This document shows, piece by piece, positions 17,368-26,206 of a stretch of DNA of 64,000 nucleotides; the first letter of the stretch is position 1; each line of letters begins with the position of its first letter. The notes below the pieces were generated by a model. That model was not told where the DNA came from, ran no database searches, and saw only the letters and a program-made list of their open reading frames with translations. Both the position numbers and the translations under genes were made by a program. Source of the DNA: a virus; the IMG/VR virus record IMGVR_UViG_3300045988_126190, positions 1-64,000 of that record; one strand, written 5' to 3'.

Positions 17368-17741
17368 TATGCTCCCTCCTTCGGCGCTTCCGGCAGCGGC
17401 ATCCAATAAACAATTTCGTCGCCCCAAGCGTCCCAAAAGTCCGTTGGGGCAAGCCAGTCTATTCCGTTCCAAATCGCTACCATAAAGAGCTTTCGCCTCG
17501 TATACACAAGCATAGCTTCGCTTTTTCTTGTATTTTGGTGCACTTCTGGCAAGCGCTCCTCCACCGGAATCCACCTCGGCACCTTCGCTTCCAGCTCCGC
17601 AATTCGTGCCGCCTGCTGCTCGATCAGGTCGGCGGCATCAAAGATCATTGTGTCGCAGTCCAATCTCTTGCAATATGGGCAATCTCCGCAGGACCGTCTT
17701 CCGCACGCCCGCAGTGCCTTAACAATCTCATCTTTTGTCAT
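17367..17741 (-). CDS. DUF551-like protein with N-terminal Cys motif
   Basis: RWIPVEERLP...VYWMPLPEAP is typical of DUF551. Paralogue of 39066-39557. Confidence 0.55.
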   Translation of the reverse strand: MTKDEIVKALRACGRRSCGDCPYCKRLDCDTMIFDAADLIEQQAARIAELEAKVPRWIPVEERLPEVHQNTRKSEAMLVYTRRKLFMVAIWNGIDWLAPTDFWDAWGDEIVYWMPLPEAPKEGA

Positions 17742-18448
17742 GTCGCTTCCTCCTCATACGCCTCTCTCAGTTTCCGAATCACGCTGCCGCCGTAGCTGTT
17801 TTCTGTGAGCTTGATAAACTCCTCCACCGTCAGCAGCTCGTCATCCGTGAGTTTGTATCCGTGGCGCTTGGCGAACTCCGACCGCCCCATATCGCAGGAG
17901 CCGGTCAGCCTGTGATGCCAGCCGTAGTAATCTGCCGAGGGATATTGCTTTCCCCACTCGTGCGCCTTGACGAACTCGGCAATTCTCTCCTCCTCCGGCA
18001 TATCCTCGAACAGTTTGTCCCGCAGCGCATCCATCGCCGCGCGGAGCGTTTTCCCGTGGGCAAAAAGGCTGCCCTGCTTGACGATGTAGCAATCCTCTGT
18101 CGAGAGGTCGTCGCAAAGAATTCGCCCCTTGGCAGCGTTCCCGTGTACATGGTCAATGAGCGTTGGAACGTCGTCAATTTGATATACCTTTTGGCCGCAA
18201 AAGGACACAACCCCCTTGTCGTAGCCGTAGCCGGAGCCGTAGCCGGGGCCGTAGCCGGGGCCGCAACCGGAGCCGTAGCCGGAGCCGTAGCCGTCGCCGT
18301 AGCCGGAACCGTCATCGCCGCCGTAGCCGGAGCCGCCGCCGGAGCCTAATCCGTCGCCGTAGCTGGAGCCGCCGCCGGAGCCGTCGCCGCGGCCGATGCT
18401 GTCTACAGCCTCAGCGAACCGCTCCGCCGCCGTTTTCAGCGCTTCCAT
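17738..18448 (-). CDS. hypothetical protein with a Gly/Tyr/Ser/Asp low-complexity repeat
   Basis: GGTGAGG SD. A roughly 60-aa run of GSGYG/GPGYG units is encoded by GCCGTAGCCGGR-type DNA repeats (18226-18400). Confidence 0.55.
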   Translation of the reverse strand: MEALKTAAERFAEAVDSIGRGDGSGGGSSYGDGLGSGGGSGYGGDDGSGYGDGYGSGYGSGCGPGYGPGYGSGYGYDKGVVSFCGQKVYQIDDVPTLIDHVHGNAAKGRILCDDLSTEDCYIVKQGSLFAHGKTLRAAMDALRDKLFEDMPEEERIAEFVKAHEWGKQYPSADYYGWHHRLTGSCDMGRSEFAKRHGYKLTDDELLTVEEFIKLTENSYGGSVIRKLREAYEEEAT

Positions 18449-18756
18449 ACCTTTACCTCACCCAGAATCTTCACCGCCTTATCCGAGCACGGCAAAATCT
18501 GGATTGCGTCCGTGACAACCATTTCCGGCACAACCACGGTAAATTTGCAGCTGCTCGGATTCGTCACGCCGTCTACCGCCAGCTGCTCCACCGCGCAGGC
18601 GCCCTCCCAATGCCACAGCTTCCGCACATTCCGCAGCTCGACCTCCCGCCCGTTCCGACCGGCGATCTGCCCGAAGAACACGCCGCTCCGGTCGCCTCGG
18701 ATGATGTAATACTTGTTTTCCACGTTAATTTCCTCCTTCAAATTTTTGGTTGTCAT
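18436..18756 (-). CDS. hypothetical protein
   Basis: AAAGGAG SD. The ATG overlaps the upstream stop (ATGA). Confidence 0.55.
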   Translation of the reverse strand: MTTKNLKEEINVENKYYIIRGDRSGVFFGQIAGRNGREVELRNVRKLWHWEGACAVEQLAVDGVTNPSSCKFTVVVPEMVVTDAIQILPCSDKAVKILGEVKVWKR

Positions 18757-19607
18757 ATTGTCGTTGCTCCTTTCAGCCTGTAGTTTCTCGCCCGGTCTTT
18801 TCCTACGGTGATAGCGCTGCCCTTGGCCCGCTCGTAGATTCGGCTACCTACCGCCTCGTCAATGTCGAGCAGTTCGTCCTCTGTCAGCTCAGTCGAAATG
18901 ATCGTGATGGATTTGGGGTTGGAATACCGGAAGTTCAGAATCTCAAACGCGACGTTGATATCTGCAATGGTCGGCTTTTGATAGTCGCCATTTGGCGATT
19001 TGCCTGTCTTAAAGAGGTCGTCTATGTAGAGGACATCGACCGTCTTGTATACATCGACCATCTTCTTGTAAGTTTCCGAGTCACCAACGTTAGCTTTTAT
19101 CGCGACAATTTCATCGCGCCACAGCATATATCTTACGTTTTTTCCAGCAAGCAGAAACTCGCGGCAGATTGCTGTGCAGATGTGAGTTTTGCCGCAGCCA
19201 ACTTGTCCGCCGACGAAGAACCATCCTTCTGGGCTTTCAGCATAGGTCATGGCTGCTTTCTTCAAAGCTTCCTGCCACGGTTCTGTTGCCTCAAATTTGT
19301 CGAACGTGTAGTCTCGGATGATATCTTTCAGGCCGCTGCGCCGCATCCGAAGGATTGAGTTCCGCACAGGAATGCATTTGCAATCGCTTATGCTGTGGCT
19401 GAACGTCCCATCATCAAACTCCACCACGTTGGCGATATAGCCTTTGTTTTTGCACAGCAGACACTCGTAACCGTCTTCCTCGTTGCGCCGACCAATATCG
19501 TCATTTATACTGTTTACTCGGAATTGGGCATACTCTCTGGGAGAAAGAGGCTTAAACGTAGTGCCCGTACCGCGTAGTTGGTTGAGAAAATCCTTGATTC
19601 CCTCCAC
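18753..19607 (-). CDS. DnaC/IstB-like AAA+ helicase loader
   Basis: Walker A GGQVGCGKTH and Walker B VLYIDDL. GTG 19607 behind AAGGAGGG is preferred; ATG 19643 is an alternative start. Confidence 0.65.
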   Translation of the reverse strand: MEGIKDFLNQLRGTGTTFKPLSPREYAQFRVNSINDDIGRRNEEDGYECLLCKNKGYIANVVEFDDGTFSHSISDCKCIPVRNSILRMRRSGLKDIIRDYTFDKFEATEPWQEALKKAAMTYAESPEGWFFVGGQVGCGKTHICTAICREFLLAGKNVRYMLWRDEIVAIKANVGDSETYKKMVDVYKTVDVLYIDDLFKTGKSPNGDYQKPTIADINVAFEILNFRYSNPKSITIISTELTEDELLDIDEAVGSRIYERAKGSAITVGKDRARNYRLKGATTI

Positions 19608-20388
19608 CAGATTCCCTCCTTTCGTGGTTTTCGTAATTCCCATCCAAAACCTTTGGGAAGTTGTTTGGACGAATGAACCAGTCAAACGTGATGTCAAAGC
19701 CTTCCTTCGTGCGCCCCATGAGAAAATCGGAAGATTTAACGTTCTCAACAGCTTTCAGCACACTTTCCAGCCCGTAGTCCTTTATTCGCCTTTTCAGCCA
19801 CGTGTACCGATCTGTGTTTTCGACAATCGCCCGGATTTGCTTCACGCCGATGGAATTCCATGCATCAATTACAGACTGTATCTCTTTCTTATTACCATTT
19901 TCATTACCATTTTCATTATCAGTTTCATATTCATTTTCATTTTCAGCGTTTGTTGTGGTTTTTGTCGCAACAAAATTCGTATCAAAATCGGAAGAAAACT
20001 CAGATTTTTGTTTTTCTACTGCCTTCCCTCGCCTTGCTGAAGCCCTGATATCACTGAGTTTTCCGTCTTTCACCATACGGCGCTGAGAAAGCGAATCCCC
20101 ATTTAACTGAATTACGTTTTCTTCGAGCAGTTCTTCCAGTGACCGCTTGATTACATCCACTGTGTATGGCATTTGTCGAGAAAGTTTAACGGCAAAATCT
20201 GTAATTTTGTTCTCGTTTTGTTTGTCTTTTTGTCGCAACAAAATAGAACCGTATGTTTCGGACTTGTGAAGGAGACACATAAGTCGGATGTAGACCCCCG
20301 TACTCTCGGCACTGCATTCGTTGAGTTTTTCGTCACTCAAAAAATCCTGAACATAGAGCGGAAGGTATGGCTGATTTCGTAGTGCCAT
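19552..20388 (-). CDS. replication initiation/organiser protein (DUF1376, YdaU-like N-terminus)
   Basis: PYLPLYVQDFLSDEKL...GVYIRLMCLL pattern. Sits upstream of the helicase loader. Confidence 0.55.
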   Translation of the reverse strand: MALRNQPYLPLYVQDFLSDEKLNECSAESTGVYIRLMCLLHKSETYGSILLRQKDKQNENKITDFAVKLSRQMPYTVDVIKRSLEELLEENVIQLNGDSLSQRRMVKDGKLSDIRASARRGKAVEKQKSEFSSDFDTNFVATKTTTNAENENEYETDNENGNENGNKKEIQSVIDAWNSIGVKQIRAIVENTDRYTWLKRRIKDYGLESVLKAVENVKSSDFLMGRTKEGFDITFDWFIRPNNFPKVLDGNYENHERRESGGGNQGFSQPTTRYGHYV

Positions 20389-20404
20389 TCACACTCCCTC
20401 CCGG

Positions 20405-20836
20405 TCAGAAGGGCAACTCGGAGGGGTCGTCGGTCATCAGGGTATAGTCGGCGGTGCCAGCTGTGCTGGTCGGGGCTGCTGTGGCGGCAGAAGCAGGATA
20501 AGCGCCGGTGTTACTCGCACGGCTCTCGCCGAAGTAGATATTCTCGACGTTGATCTCTGCGGTCTTGCGCTTGTTGCCGTCACGGTCTGTCCATGAGCGG
20601 AATTGCAAGCGTCCGACGACCATGACGAGGCTGCCTTTGTGCATGGAGTTGGCAACAAACTCCGCCGTAGCGCGCCAAGCGACGCATTCGATAAACTGGG
20701 CTTCCTTTTCGCCGGAGTCGGAGCGCCGGTCCTCATCGACGGCAATGGTGAACGTGGTGACTGCAATACCGGACGGGGTGCGGCGCATCTCCGGTTCCTT
20801 GGTGAGGCGGCCGCCAAAAATGCATTTGTTGAGCAT
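20405..20836 (-). CDS. ssb: single-stranded DNA-binding protein
   Basis: MLNKCIFGGRLTKEPEMRRTPSGIAVTTFTIAV OB-fold N-terminus and an acidic DDPSELPF tail. Confidence 0.8.
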   Translation of the reverse strand: MLNKCIFGGRLTKEPEMRRTPSGIAVTTFTIAVDEDRRSDSGEKEAQFIECVAWRATAEFVANSMHKGSLVMVVGRLQFRSWTDRDGNKRKTAEINVENIYFGESRASNTGAYPASAATAAPTSTAGTADYTLMTDDPSELPF

Positions 20837-20837
20837 G

Positions 20838-21446
20838 TTAATACCAATTCCTTTCATCTTCGTCGTCGCTGAAGGGGTTCGTGTCAGCGAGTTCGGTTTG
20901 CTCGTGATCGCTCGGATCGAGCTCCGGATTGCCCCAATCGGGCGGAGCACCGAAGTCGGGGAGCTTGTCGTAGGTGCTGTCGCGTTTTTTTGGCTTGCGC
21001 GGCTTTTTCTTTGCGTCCTTTGCCGAGAGCATCGGGTCGGGCGGCGCGTCGAAAACGCCGTAGAGGTTGTTAAACAGCGTATTCAGCAATTGACCGGGGA
21101 CAAAAAAGCTGATTTCAAAGCTGCGGGAAACCTTTTCCGTTCCGGCCACGCTGTACTTGGTGTCTCTCTTGGTGATGTAGGGGCGCTCGGTGTAGGTGCC
21201 GAATGCGACGATGTAGTCGCCGGCTTCAAGTCCCTTGGCGATGTCGTACACCGACGACCGCTTACGGATGATGCAGTTGAGGAAAATACCCTTCTTCAGC
21301 CGGAGAGCAAACTCGCAGTAGGGGCTTTTGCTTCGGCACTTCTCGACGGAATTGCGGGTGACCTCGCCCCAAGCAATGCACGACCAGTGCTGTACCCCAC
21401 TATCGTCGGTAATCAGCGGCGTTCGGAATAATCCGCCGTATTTCAT
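20838..21446 (-). CDS. hypothetical protein
   Basis: AAAGGAGGG SD. 202 aa, between recT and ssb. Confidence 0.55.
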   Translation of the reverse strand: MKYGGLFRTPLITDDSGVQHWSCIAWGEVTRNSVEKCRSKSPYCEFALRLKKGIFLNCIIRKRSSVYDIAKGLEAGDYIVAFGTYTERPYITKRDTKYSVAGTEKVSRSFEISFFVPGQLLNTLFNNLYGVFDAPPDPMLSAKDAKKKPRKPKKRDSTYDKLPDFGAPPDWGNPELDPSDHEQTELADTNPFSDDEDERNWY

Positions 21447-21503
21447 GTTGTTCCCTCCTTTGCCGCCGCATCGGCGCGGACACGGCGGCGGTTATCAGCA
21501 TGG

Positions 21504-22511
21504 TCAGTCATTGAAAAAGCTCTCCTGCGCCGGAGATGCCATTTTTTTCGCCGTAGACGGCTTTTCGGCTTCCGGGGTGAAATTAGACACCGGAACATCA
21601 ATCGTTTCACCAGCGTCAAAATTCGCGCTCTCAGAGGCATCTGGAAGCGAATCAACGGGTGTAGCATCAATCAGAGCACCGGAAATGGGGTTCGGAGCGT
21701 CCAAAATCGGCGCTTCGCCGTCCTTTTCCGGCGCGCTGTCAATGGCGATTGCCTCGCGGATGGATTTCGGGGCGCGGCCGTCGGACAGCAGCTGCTTGTA
21801 CATGGTTTTCTTGCACATTTTGATGTGCGGTTCCTCATTGGGCAGTGCATACCACGAAGAGCCGGACTGCTTCTTTGCAATTTCTTCGTCGGACAGCTCG
21901 TGATTCAGAATCATGTCATAAGTCTTTCTGTTAAACGCTTTACTATACTTGTCTGCGTGGCGAAGAATTTTTTCGTGTGTCCAATAAATAGCTTGGAAAT
22001 AGTTGTTGTAGTCGTCGTTGAGCATGAAAAACGCGTAGTAGCCGACGATGGGGAGCTGGTCGCGCACGTCGTCGTCCTCAATCCACTCAAAGATCGGGGC
22101 GCGGGTGCGGGGGTCTCTGCCCTTGTATTCGCCCTGACGCACATCGAAGCAGTCGATGGCAGAGTACTTTCCAGAGCGGATAGAAAGCTGCTGCAAACCC
22201 TTTGCGCCGATCTGGAAGGCAGCCTTTGTTCCGTAGGGAACGACGCTGTATTCGCCGAATTCTTCAGACAGGTCAAGGCCGATTTCACCGTAAAGGACAG
22301 AGGAAACGATGGAGGCGGGGTCACAGTTTTGCAGTTTGGGAGACTTAGAGACGATGCGCTTCATGGTGGCAATGAGCCGCGCGGCCTTTTCGGCGCTGCC
22401 GCCGACCTGCTTGGTCAGACCGGCAACAATCGCATTTTGGTTTACGTAGCTGGTAAAGCTGGTGACAGGAGCGGCCGGTCTTGCGGCGGAAATCTGGTTA
22501 TTTGCTTTCAT
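21504..22511 (-). CDS. recT: RecT-family single-strand annealing protein
   Basis: RecT-like core (..VVPYGTKAAFQIGAKGLQQLSIRSG..). Synteny with YqaJ exonuclease, DUF1351 and SSB. Confidence 0.7.
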   Translation of the reverse strand: MKANNQISAARPAAPVTSFTSYVNQNAIVAGLTKQVGGSAEKAARLIATMKRIVSKSPKLQNCDPASIVSSVLYGEIGLDLSEEFGEYSVVPYGTKAAFQIGAKGLQQLSIRSGKYSAIDCFDVRQGEYKGRDPRTRAPIFEWIEDDDVRDQLPIVGYYAFFMLNDDYNNYFQAIYWTHEKILRHADKYSKAFNRKTYDMILNHELSDEEIAKKQSGSSWYALPNEEPHIKMCKKTMYKQLLSDGRAPKSIREAIAIDSAPEKDGEAPILDAPNPISGALIDATPVDSLPDASESANFDAGETIDVPVSNFTPEAEKPSTAKKMASPAQESFFND

Positions 22512-22527
22512 TCTTATAAAACACCTC

Positions 22528-22866
22528 TTATTTCGTTTTAGATTTACACTCTAATTTGCGCTTACGATACCGAACGGCTTGAACAGTAACAGAGAGCATC
22601 GCGCTGATCTCACGCAGGGACTTCCCCTCGTCAAGGAGAGCGGTCAAGGTCTGATCAGAGAATCGATGCGGTCTGCCGGGGTTGTCGAACATGCCCTCAT
22701 TGGGAGAGCGCGCGTTTCTGAGGCAATTCACACATTCGGGATAGGGGCAATGCAGGCAGCGTTCGATTTGCTCCGGGGTATCGCGATTGACGCTTCTTCC
22801 GACATGCGCTTCAGCGGCAGGCGCGGCATTCCAAGGATAGCGGCCGGAAACACCAAAGAAATTCAC
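22528..22866 (-). CDS. Cys4 zinc-finger + C-terminal HTH regulator
   Basis: GTG 22866 behind GGGAGGTG. CLHCPYPECVNC motif followed by an HTH (KSLREISAMLSVTVQAVRYRKRK). Confidence 0.5.
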   Translation of the reverse strand: MNFFGVSGRYPWNAAPAAEAHVGRSVNRDTPEQIERCLHCPYPECVNCLRNARSPNEGMFDNPGRPHRFSDQTLTALLDEGKSLREISAMLSVTVQAVRYRKRKLECKSKTK

Positions 22867-22870
22867 TTCC

Positions 22871-23332
22871 TTACACCTCCCGAATGATAATGCCTTTTTT
22901 ATCGGCAATTTCTTTTGCCTTGTTGATATAAACTTGGTTCCGCTTGCCTTTGGCATCCTCATAGATCGGCTGACCGTTGCTGTCTTTGTAATAAAAATCA
23001 GCCTTATAGATGACCGGCCGGATGCGCGTACCGTCGGGCAGCGTGAAGCCCTCGACGAGCGTAATGTTCTGCTGCAACCGGAGGTCGGTGATCTCGCCAC
23101 GATCAAGCATAGCCTTGAGGACAAGGAAACGGTTTGCTTCGCGCTTGGAATCAAAGCGGATGCCGCAAACGTCGGCTTTTTGGTTTCCGTACTTGTTTTT
23201 CCTAGGCTCGTCCATCTCGGCCTTGATTTTCTGCGCGATTTGCCTACCTTTTCGCTGGGTTTCTTGCTGGTTGAGCTTTTGAAGAATTTGCCGCTGCGCC
23301 TTTTCCGGGAGCTGCGAAATATCAATGCTCAC
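22871..23332 (-). CDS. DUF1064-like protein (putative nuclease)
   Basis: GTG 23332 behind GGGAGGG. NKYGNQKADVCGIRFDSKREANRFLVLK pattern. Confidence 0.5.
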   Translation of the reverse strand: MSIDISQLPEKAQRQILQKLNQQETQRKGRQIAQKIKAEMDEPRKNKYGNQKADVCGIRFDSKREANRFLVLKAMLDRGEITDLRLQQNITLVEGFTLPDGTRIRPVIYKADFYYKDSNGQPIYEDAKGKRNQVYINKAKEIADKKGIIIREV

Positions 23333-24266
23333 GGGGAACCCTCCCGTATTTGATGCCGTGGTCAAGCAGGAACTCTCGCAGCGCCATGAGCTGTGCTTGC
23401 GTTGCCCAGACACGGAAGTCAATCACATTGATTTCCGGGAGCTCTGAGGAAGGCTGCTGCTCCTGCGCTGCGGCTCCTTGCAGTTTTGCCTCCCGCTCAG
23501 CGCCGACGACCTCTGCGACAGAGGCGGTCGTTTGCGCGGCTTTTTCCGTTGCGGCAGCCATTGCTTCAGCGGCAGCCTTAGCGGCGGCTTCCTTTTGCTC
23601 GCGAAGCTTTTCCAAGCGTTCCTGATCGGCAATCAGTTTCTCATTTTGCTGCATACAGGCGGCAAGGTCACGCGTCTTGAGGTACTGGTCAATTAACACA
23701 GCTTCAAATGGGCTATGTAACGAGTGAATCGCGCTAAGAGACGAGCGGACGGTTGTTATTGCGGAAATAATGTCCTTCTGCGCCGCTTCTTCGCTGTAGG
23801 TCTTGTTTTCCCACTTAGGATTCTGGATGTCCTCGAAGGAGAGGAATCGGATATCCTCGCCGATTTTTTCATTGAAGAAGATGCGGAGAGAGGCAATCTT
23901 CTGGTCTTTCTCCCGGCGTTCAAATGCCTTGACCTGACTGTCGATGTTCCCAGCGGCCTCATCACACATGGCAATCAGGGGCTTGCAGTTGGCCTCAAAC
24001 TCGGCAGCGGGCGCTGAGAGCAGCTTCTTGACGGTCTTTCGGTATTCGTCGATGTTGGAGCGCAGGCGGTTAACATTCGCCCTTGCGGACTTTGCATCGG
24101 GGATGGTGTCGGGCGTGACGATGAGCGTGGAATAAGGGATAAGTTTTTCCTTCAGGACTGCGCCGACCTCCTCGAAGTTGGCAGGGATGCGAAGCTGCTG
24201 AACGGCGGCGAGGGCTTCCTGATCGACGCGAAGCTCCAATTCGCCGAGGTGGACATCATTGCTCAT
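23322..24266 (-). CDS. DUF1351-like recombination-module protein
   Basis: 314 aa, coiled-coil, in the position typical next to RecT in Firmicutes phages. Confidence 0.5.
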   Translation of the reverse strand: MSNDVHLGELELRVDQEALAAVQQLRIPANFEEVGAVLKEKLIPYSTLIVTPDTIPDAKSARANVNRLRSNIDEYRKTVKKLLSAPAAEFEANCKPLIAMCDEAAGNIDSQVKAFERREKDQKIASLRIFFNEKIGEDIRFLSFEDIQNPKWENKTYSEEAAQKDIISAITTVRSSLSAIHSLHSPFEAVLIDQYLKTRDLAACMQQNEKLIADQERLEKLREQKEAAAKAAAEAMAAATEKAAQTTASVAEVVGAEREAKLQGAAAQEQQPSSELPEINVIDFRVWATQAQLMALREFLLDHGIKYGRVPREH

Positions 24267-24519
24267 AATCTGTGGTACTCCTTTCCGGTTTCAAAAGTGT
24301 GTAAACGGCGTAACGCACGGTAGCGCCGAAGGAATTTTTGCTTTCCTTTATGGTGGTGACAATGGGAACGCCGCGCTTTCTCAGGTCCCAAATCCGAGCG
24401 CCAAGGCGCATACATCCGAACTCCCGAAGTGCATCAAGCGGCGTAATGGCACCGTGTGTTTGAAGGTACAGGAGAATCATTTCGGTCTGGCTTGCGATCT
24501 GCTCCCTCACTCCCATCAT
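24256..24519 (-). CDS. small winged-helix-like DNA-binding protein
   Basis: ATGATG overlaps the upstream stop. ...LREFGCMRLGARIWDLRKRG... pattern. Confidence 0.45.
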   Translation of the reverse strand: MMGVREQIASQTEMILLYLQTHGAITPLDALREFGCMRLGARIWDLRKRGVPIVTTIKESKNSFGATVRYAVYTLLKPERSTTDYEQ

Positions 24520-24725
24520 TCGCCCTCCGTGTAGTACGTGTCGATGGTGCGGCACGGGAAGCTCGGCTCTTTTATGTTGATTGCGGTGACAATGCCGCGC
24601 TGCTCCGGGTCGGAAACGGTCGGTGTGATGACTTTATCCCCGACGTTCAAGGGGAGCTTGGTCTCATAGGTGTATTCGCGGCCACCATAGAAGCCGCCCT
24701 TGTAATACTTAATGGCTACAAACAT
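24516..24725 (-). CDS. hypothetical protein
   Basis: AAAGGAG SD. 69 aa. Confidence 0.5.
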   Translation of the reverse strand: MFVAIKYYKGGFYGGREYTYETKLPLNVGDKVITPTVSDPEQRGIVTAINIKEPSFPCRTIDTYYTEGE

Positions 24726-24738
24726 TGTGTTTCTCCTT

Positions 24739-25392
24739 TCATAGCGTTAAACAGAGACTCGGCATGGTGCCGGTCTGTACGTTTTTCCAAAACTGCGCGG
24801 CCTTGGGGAGCATCCATTCGATGTCCGGCTGACAATCGGCGCGCTCAAAATGGTAGGCTCTGAGGGAACCGTCGCCCTCCTTGTCCAGCAGCAGCGCCCA
24901 CAGGACAGCAAACTCGAAGTCGCCGCAGTACATTTGCTGGCAGATTTGCGTGTAGTAATACTTCGGAATTTGACAATTCCATTTCTCCCAATCGGCACGG
25001 CTGAGGCATGTTGCGGTCTTGCTTTCGTAGATACCCTTTCTCCCGGTTGCGCACTCTACCAGCTCTCCGTCCGGCGTGCAAAACAGGAAATCGTAGGTTC
25101 CCTCGCGCCGCAGGATGGTGTAGGGTGTAAAGCTCAGTTCAAATTCCGGGTGCATCAGCCGGAACATTTCCCGCAGCGGCTCTTCTGCGCGGTTTCCGAA
25201 ATCGACGCGCTCGTTGCCAGACAGGTCCTTTGGCTGAACAAGCCCGCATTTCTCCTTCCAGAGCTGCAACGGCGTCTTAAAGCCGCTCATACCGATGGCG
25301 GATGCTAGATCGCTTGCGCCGATGCCGCAGCGCGCCTCTAGCCATGTGTCGCGGTCAGGATAACTCGCTCTGCTGACTCTTGTAGCGCTCAT
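24739..25392 (-). CDS. YqaJ-like (lambda Exo-type) exonuclease
   Basis: GIGASDLASAIGMSGFKTPLQLW motif. Partner of RecT. Confidence 0.75.
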   Translation of the reverse strand: MSATRVSRASYPDRDTWLEARCGIGASDLASAIGMSGFKTPLQLWKEKCGLVQPKDLSGNERVDFGNRAEEPLREMFRLMHPEFELSFTPYTILRREGTYDFLFCTPDGELVECATGRKGIYESKTATCLSRADWEKWNCQIPKYYYTQICQQMYCGDFEFAVLWALLLDKEGDGSLRAYHFERADCQPDIEWMLPKAAQFWKNVQTGTMPSLCLTL

Positions 25393-25633
25393 AAGCTAGG
25401 TCCTCGGCATATTTTTTGATGCTTGCCCAGATATACCGGCTGGCATTCTTCCCGTTTTTGAGTTTGCTCATATACTGCCGGAGCGCCGGAACGGAATAGC
25501 CGATTGCCTCGCCGAGGGATTGATAGGTAAGCGCGTTTCGCCGGATGAAATCTTGGATTTCAGAATAGCGGCGCGTATTCTCTTCTGCGCGGGCTGCCCT
25601 GAGAACGATTGTTTCTTGCTCTGCTGCTTTCAT
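25355..25633 (-). CDS. hypothetical HTH-like protein
   Basis: Start moved to ATG 25633 behind GGGGGTGAGGAA. Confidence 0.45.
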   Translation of the reverse strand: MKAAEQETIVLRAARAEENTRRYSEIQDFIRRNALTYQSLGEAIGYSVPALRQYMSKLKNGKNASRYIWASIKKYAEDLAYERYKSQQSELS

Positions 25634-25947
25634 TTCCTCACCCCCACCCAGATAGCGATAACGGCAAAAAGTGCAGGGAAAACAGCCGGAAGCGGGTTCT
25701 CGGCGTTCCACAGAAGCACGGAACAGAAGCCACAGAAGGTCGCGACGATTCCCATGATGCAGGAACGGACGCGGCGAAGCAGACGGCGGATTTCTTTGCG
25801 GCGGCGACGCTCGGCTTCACTGACGCGTGCTTCGACCTCGTGGCGCTGGCGGGCTTCACGAGCGCGGCGCTCCTCGGTGCGGCGCTCAAACTTACAGAAT
25901 TCTGCGGTCTCGTCAATGACCGGAACGATAGAAAGACATTTATTCAT
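25630..25947 (-). CDS. small membrane protein
   Basis: ATG 25947. Arg-rich helix followed by two hydrophobic segments at the C-terminus. Confidence 0.45.
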   Translation of the reverse strand: MNKCLSIVPVIDETAEFCKFERRTEERRAREARQRHEVEARVSEAERRRRKEIRRLLRRVRSCIMGIVATFCGFCSVLLWNAENPLPAVFPALFAVIAIWVGVRK

Positions 25948-26176
25948 CGGCGCTTTCCTCCTGCTCGTCAAAAGGCGGAAATTTTCCGGTGACCGCGCAG
26001 TAGACTGCGACCACAAACTTTTCGGCATCCTTCTGCGTCGGCGTGATGGTCGTCGCGAAATTCGCAAAGGTCTTAACCAAAACCTTGGTGCTTATATCCT
26101 TGATATGAACGTCCTGTTTGATGCTTGAGGTGCCGTCGTTGTTTGGCTTAAAGGTGAATACAATTTTTCCTTTCAT
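25940..26176 (-). CDS. hypothetical protein
   Basis: AAGGAG 8 nt before ATG 26176. Confidence 0.5.
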   Translation of the reverse strand: MKGKIVFTFKPNNDGTSSIKQDVHIKDISTKVLVKTFANFATTITPTQKDAEKFVVAVYCAVTGKFPPFDEQEESADE

Positions 26177-26206
26177 TATCAAATCTCCTTATGTAGTTTG
26201 TAGCGG

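Noticed and set aside
18163-18783. 206-aa plus-strand Arg/Ser-rich ORF
   Set aside because: It is the antisense read-through of the Gly/Tyr repeat tract in 17738-18448. It is a low-complexity artefact.
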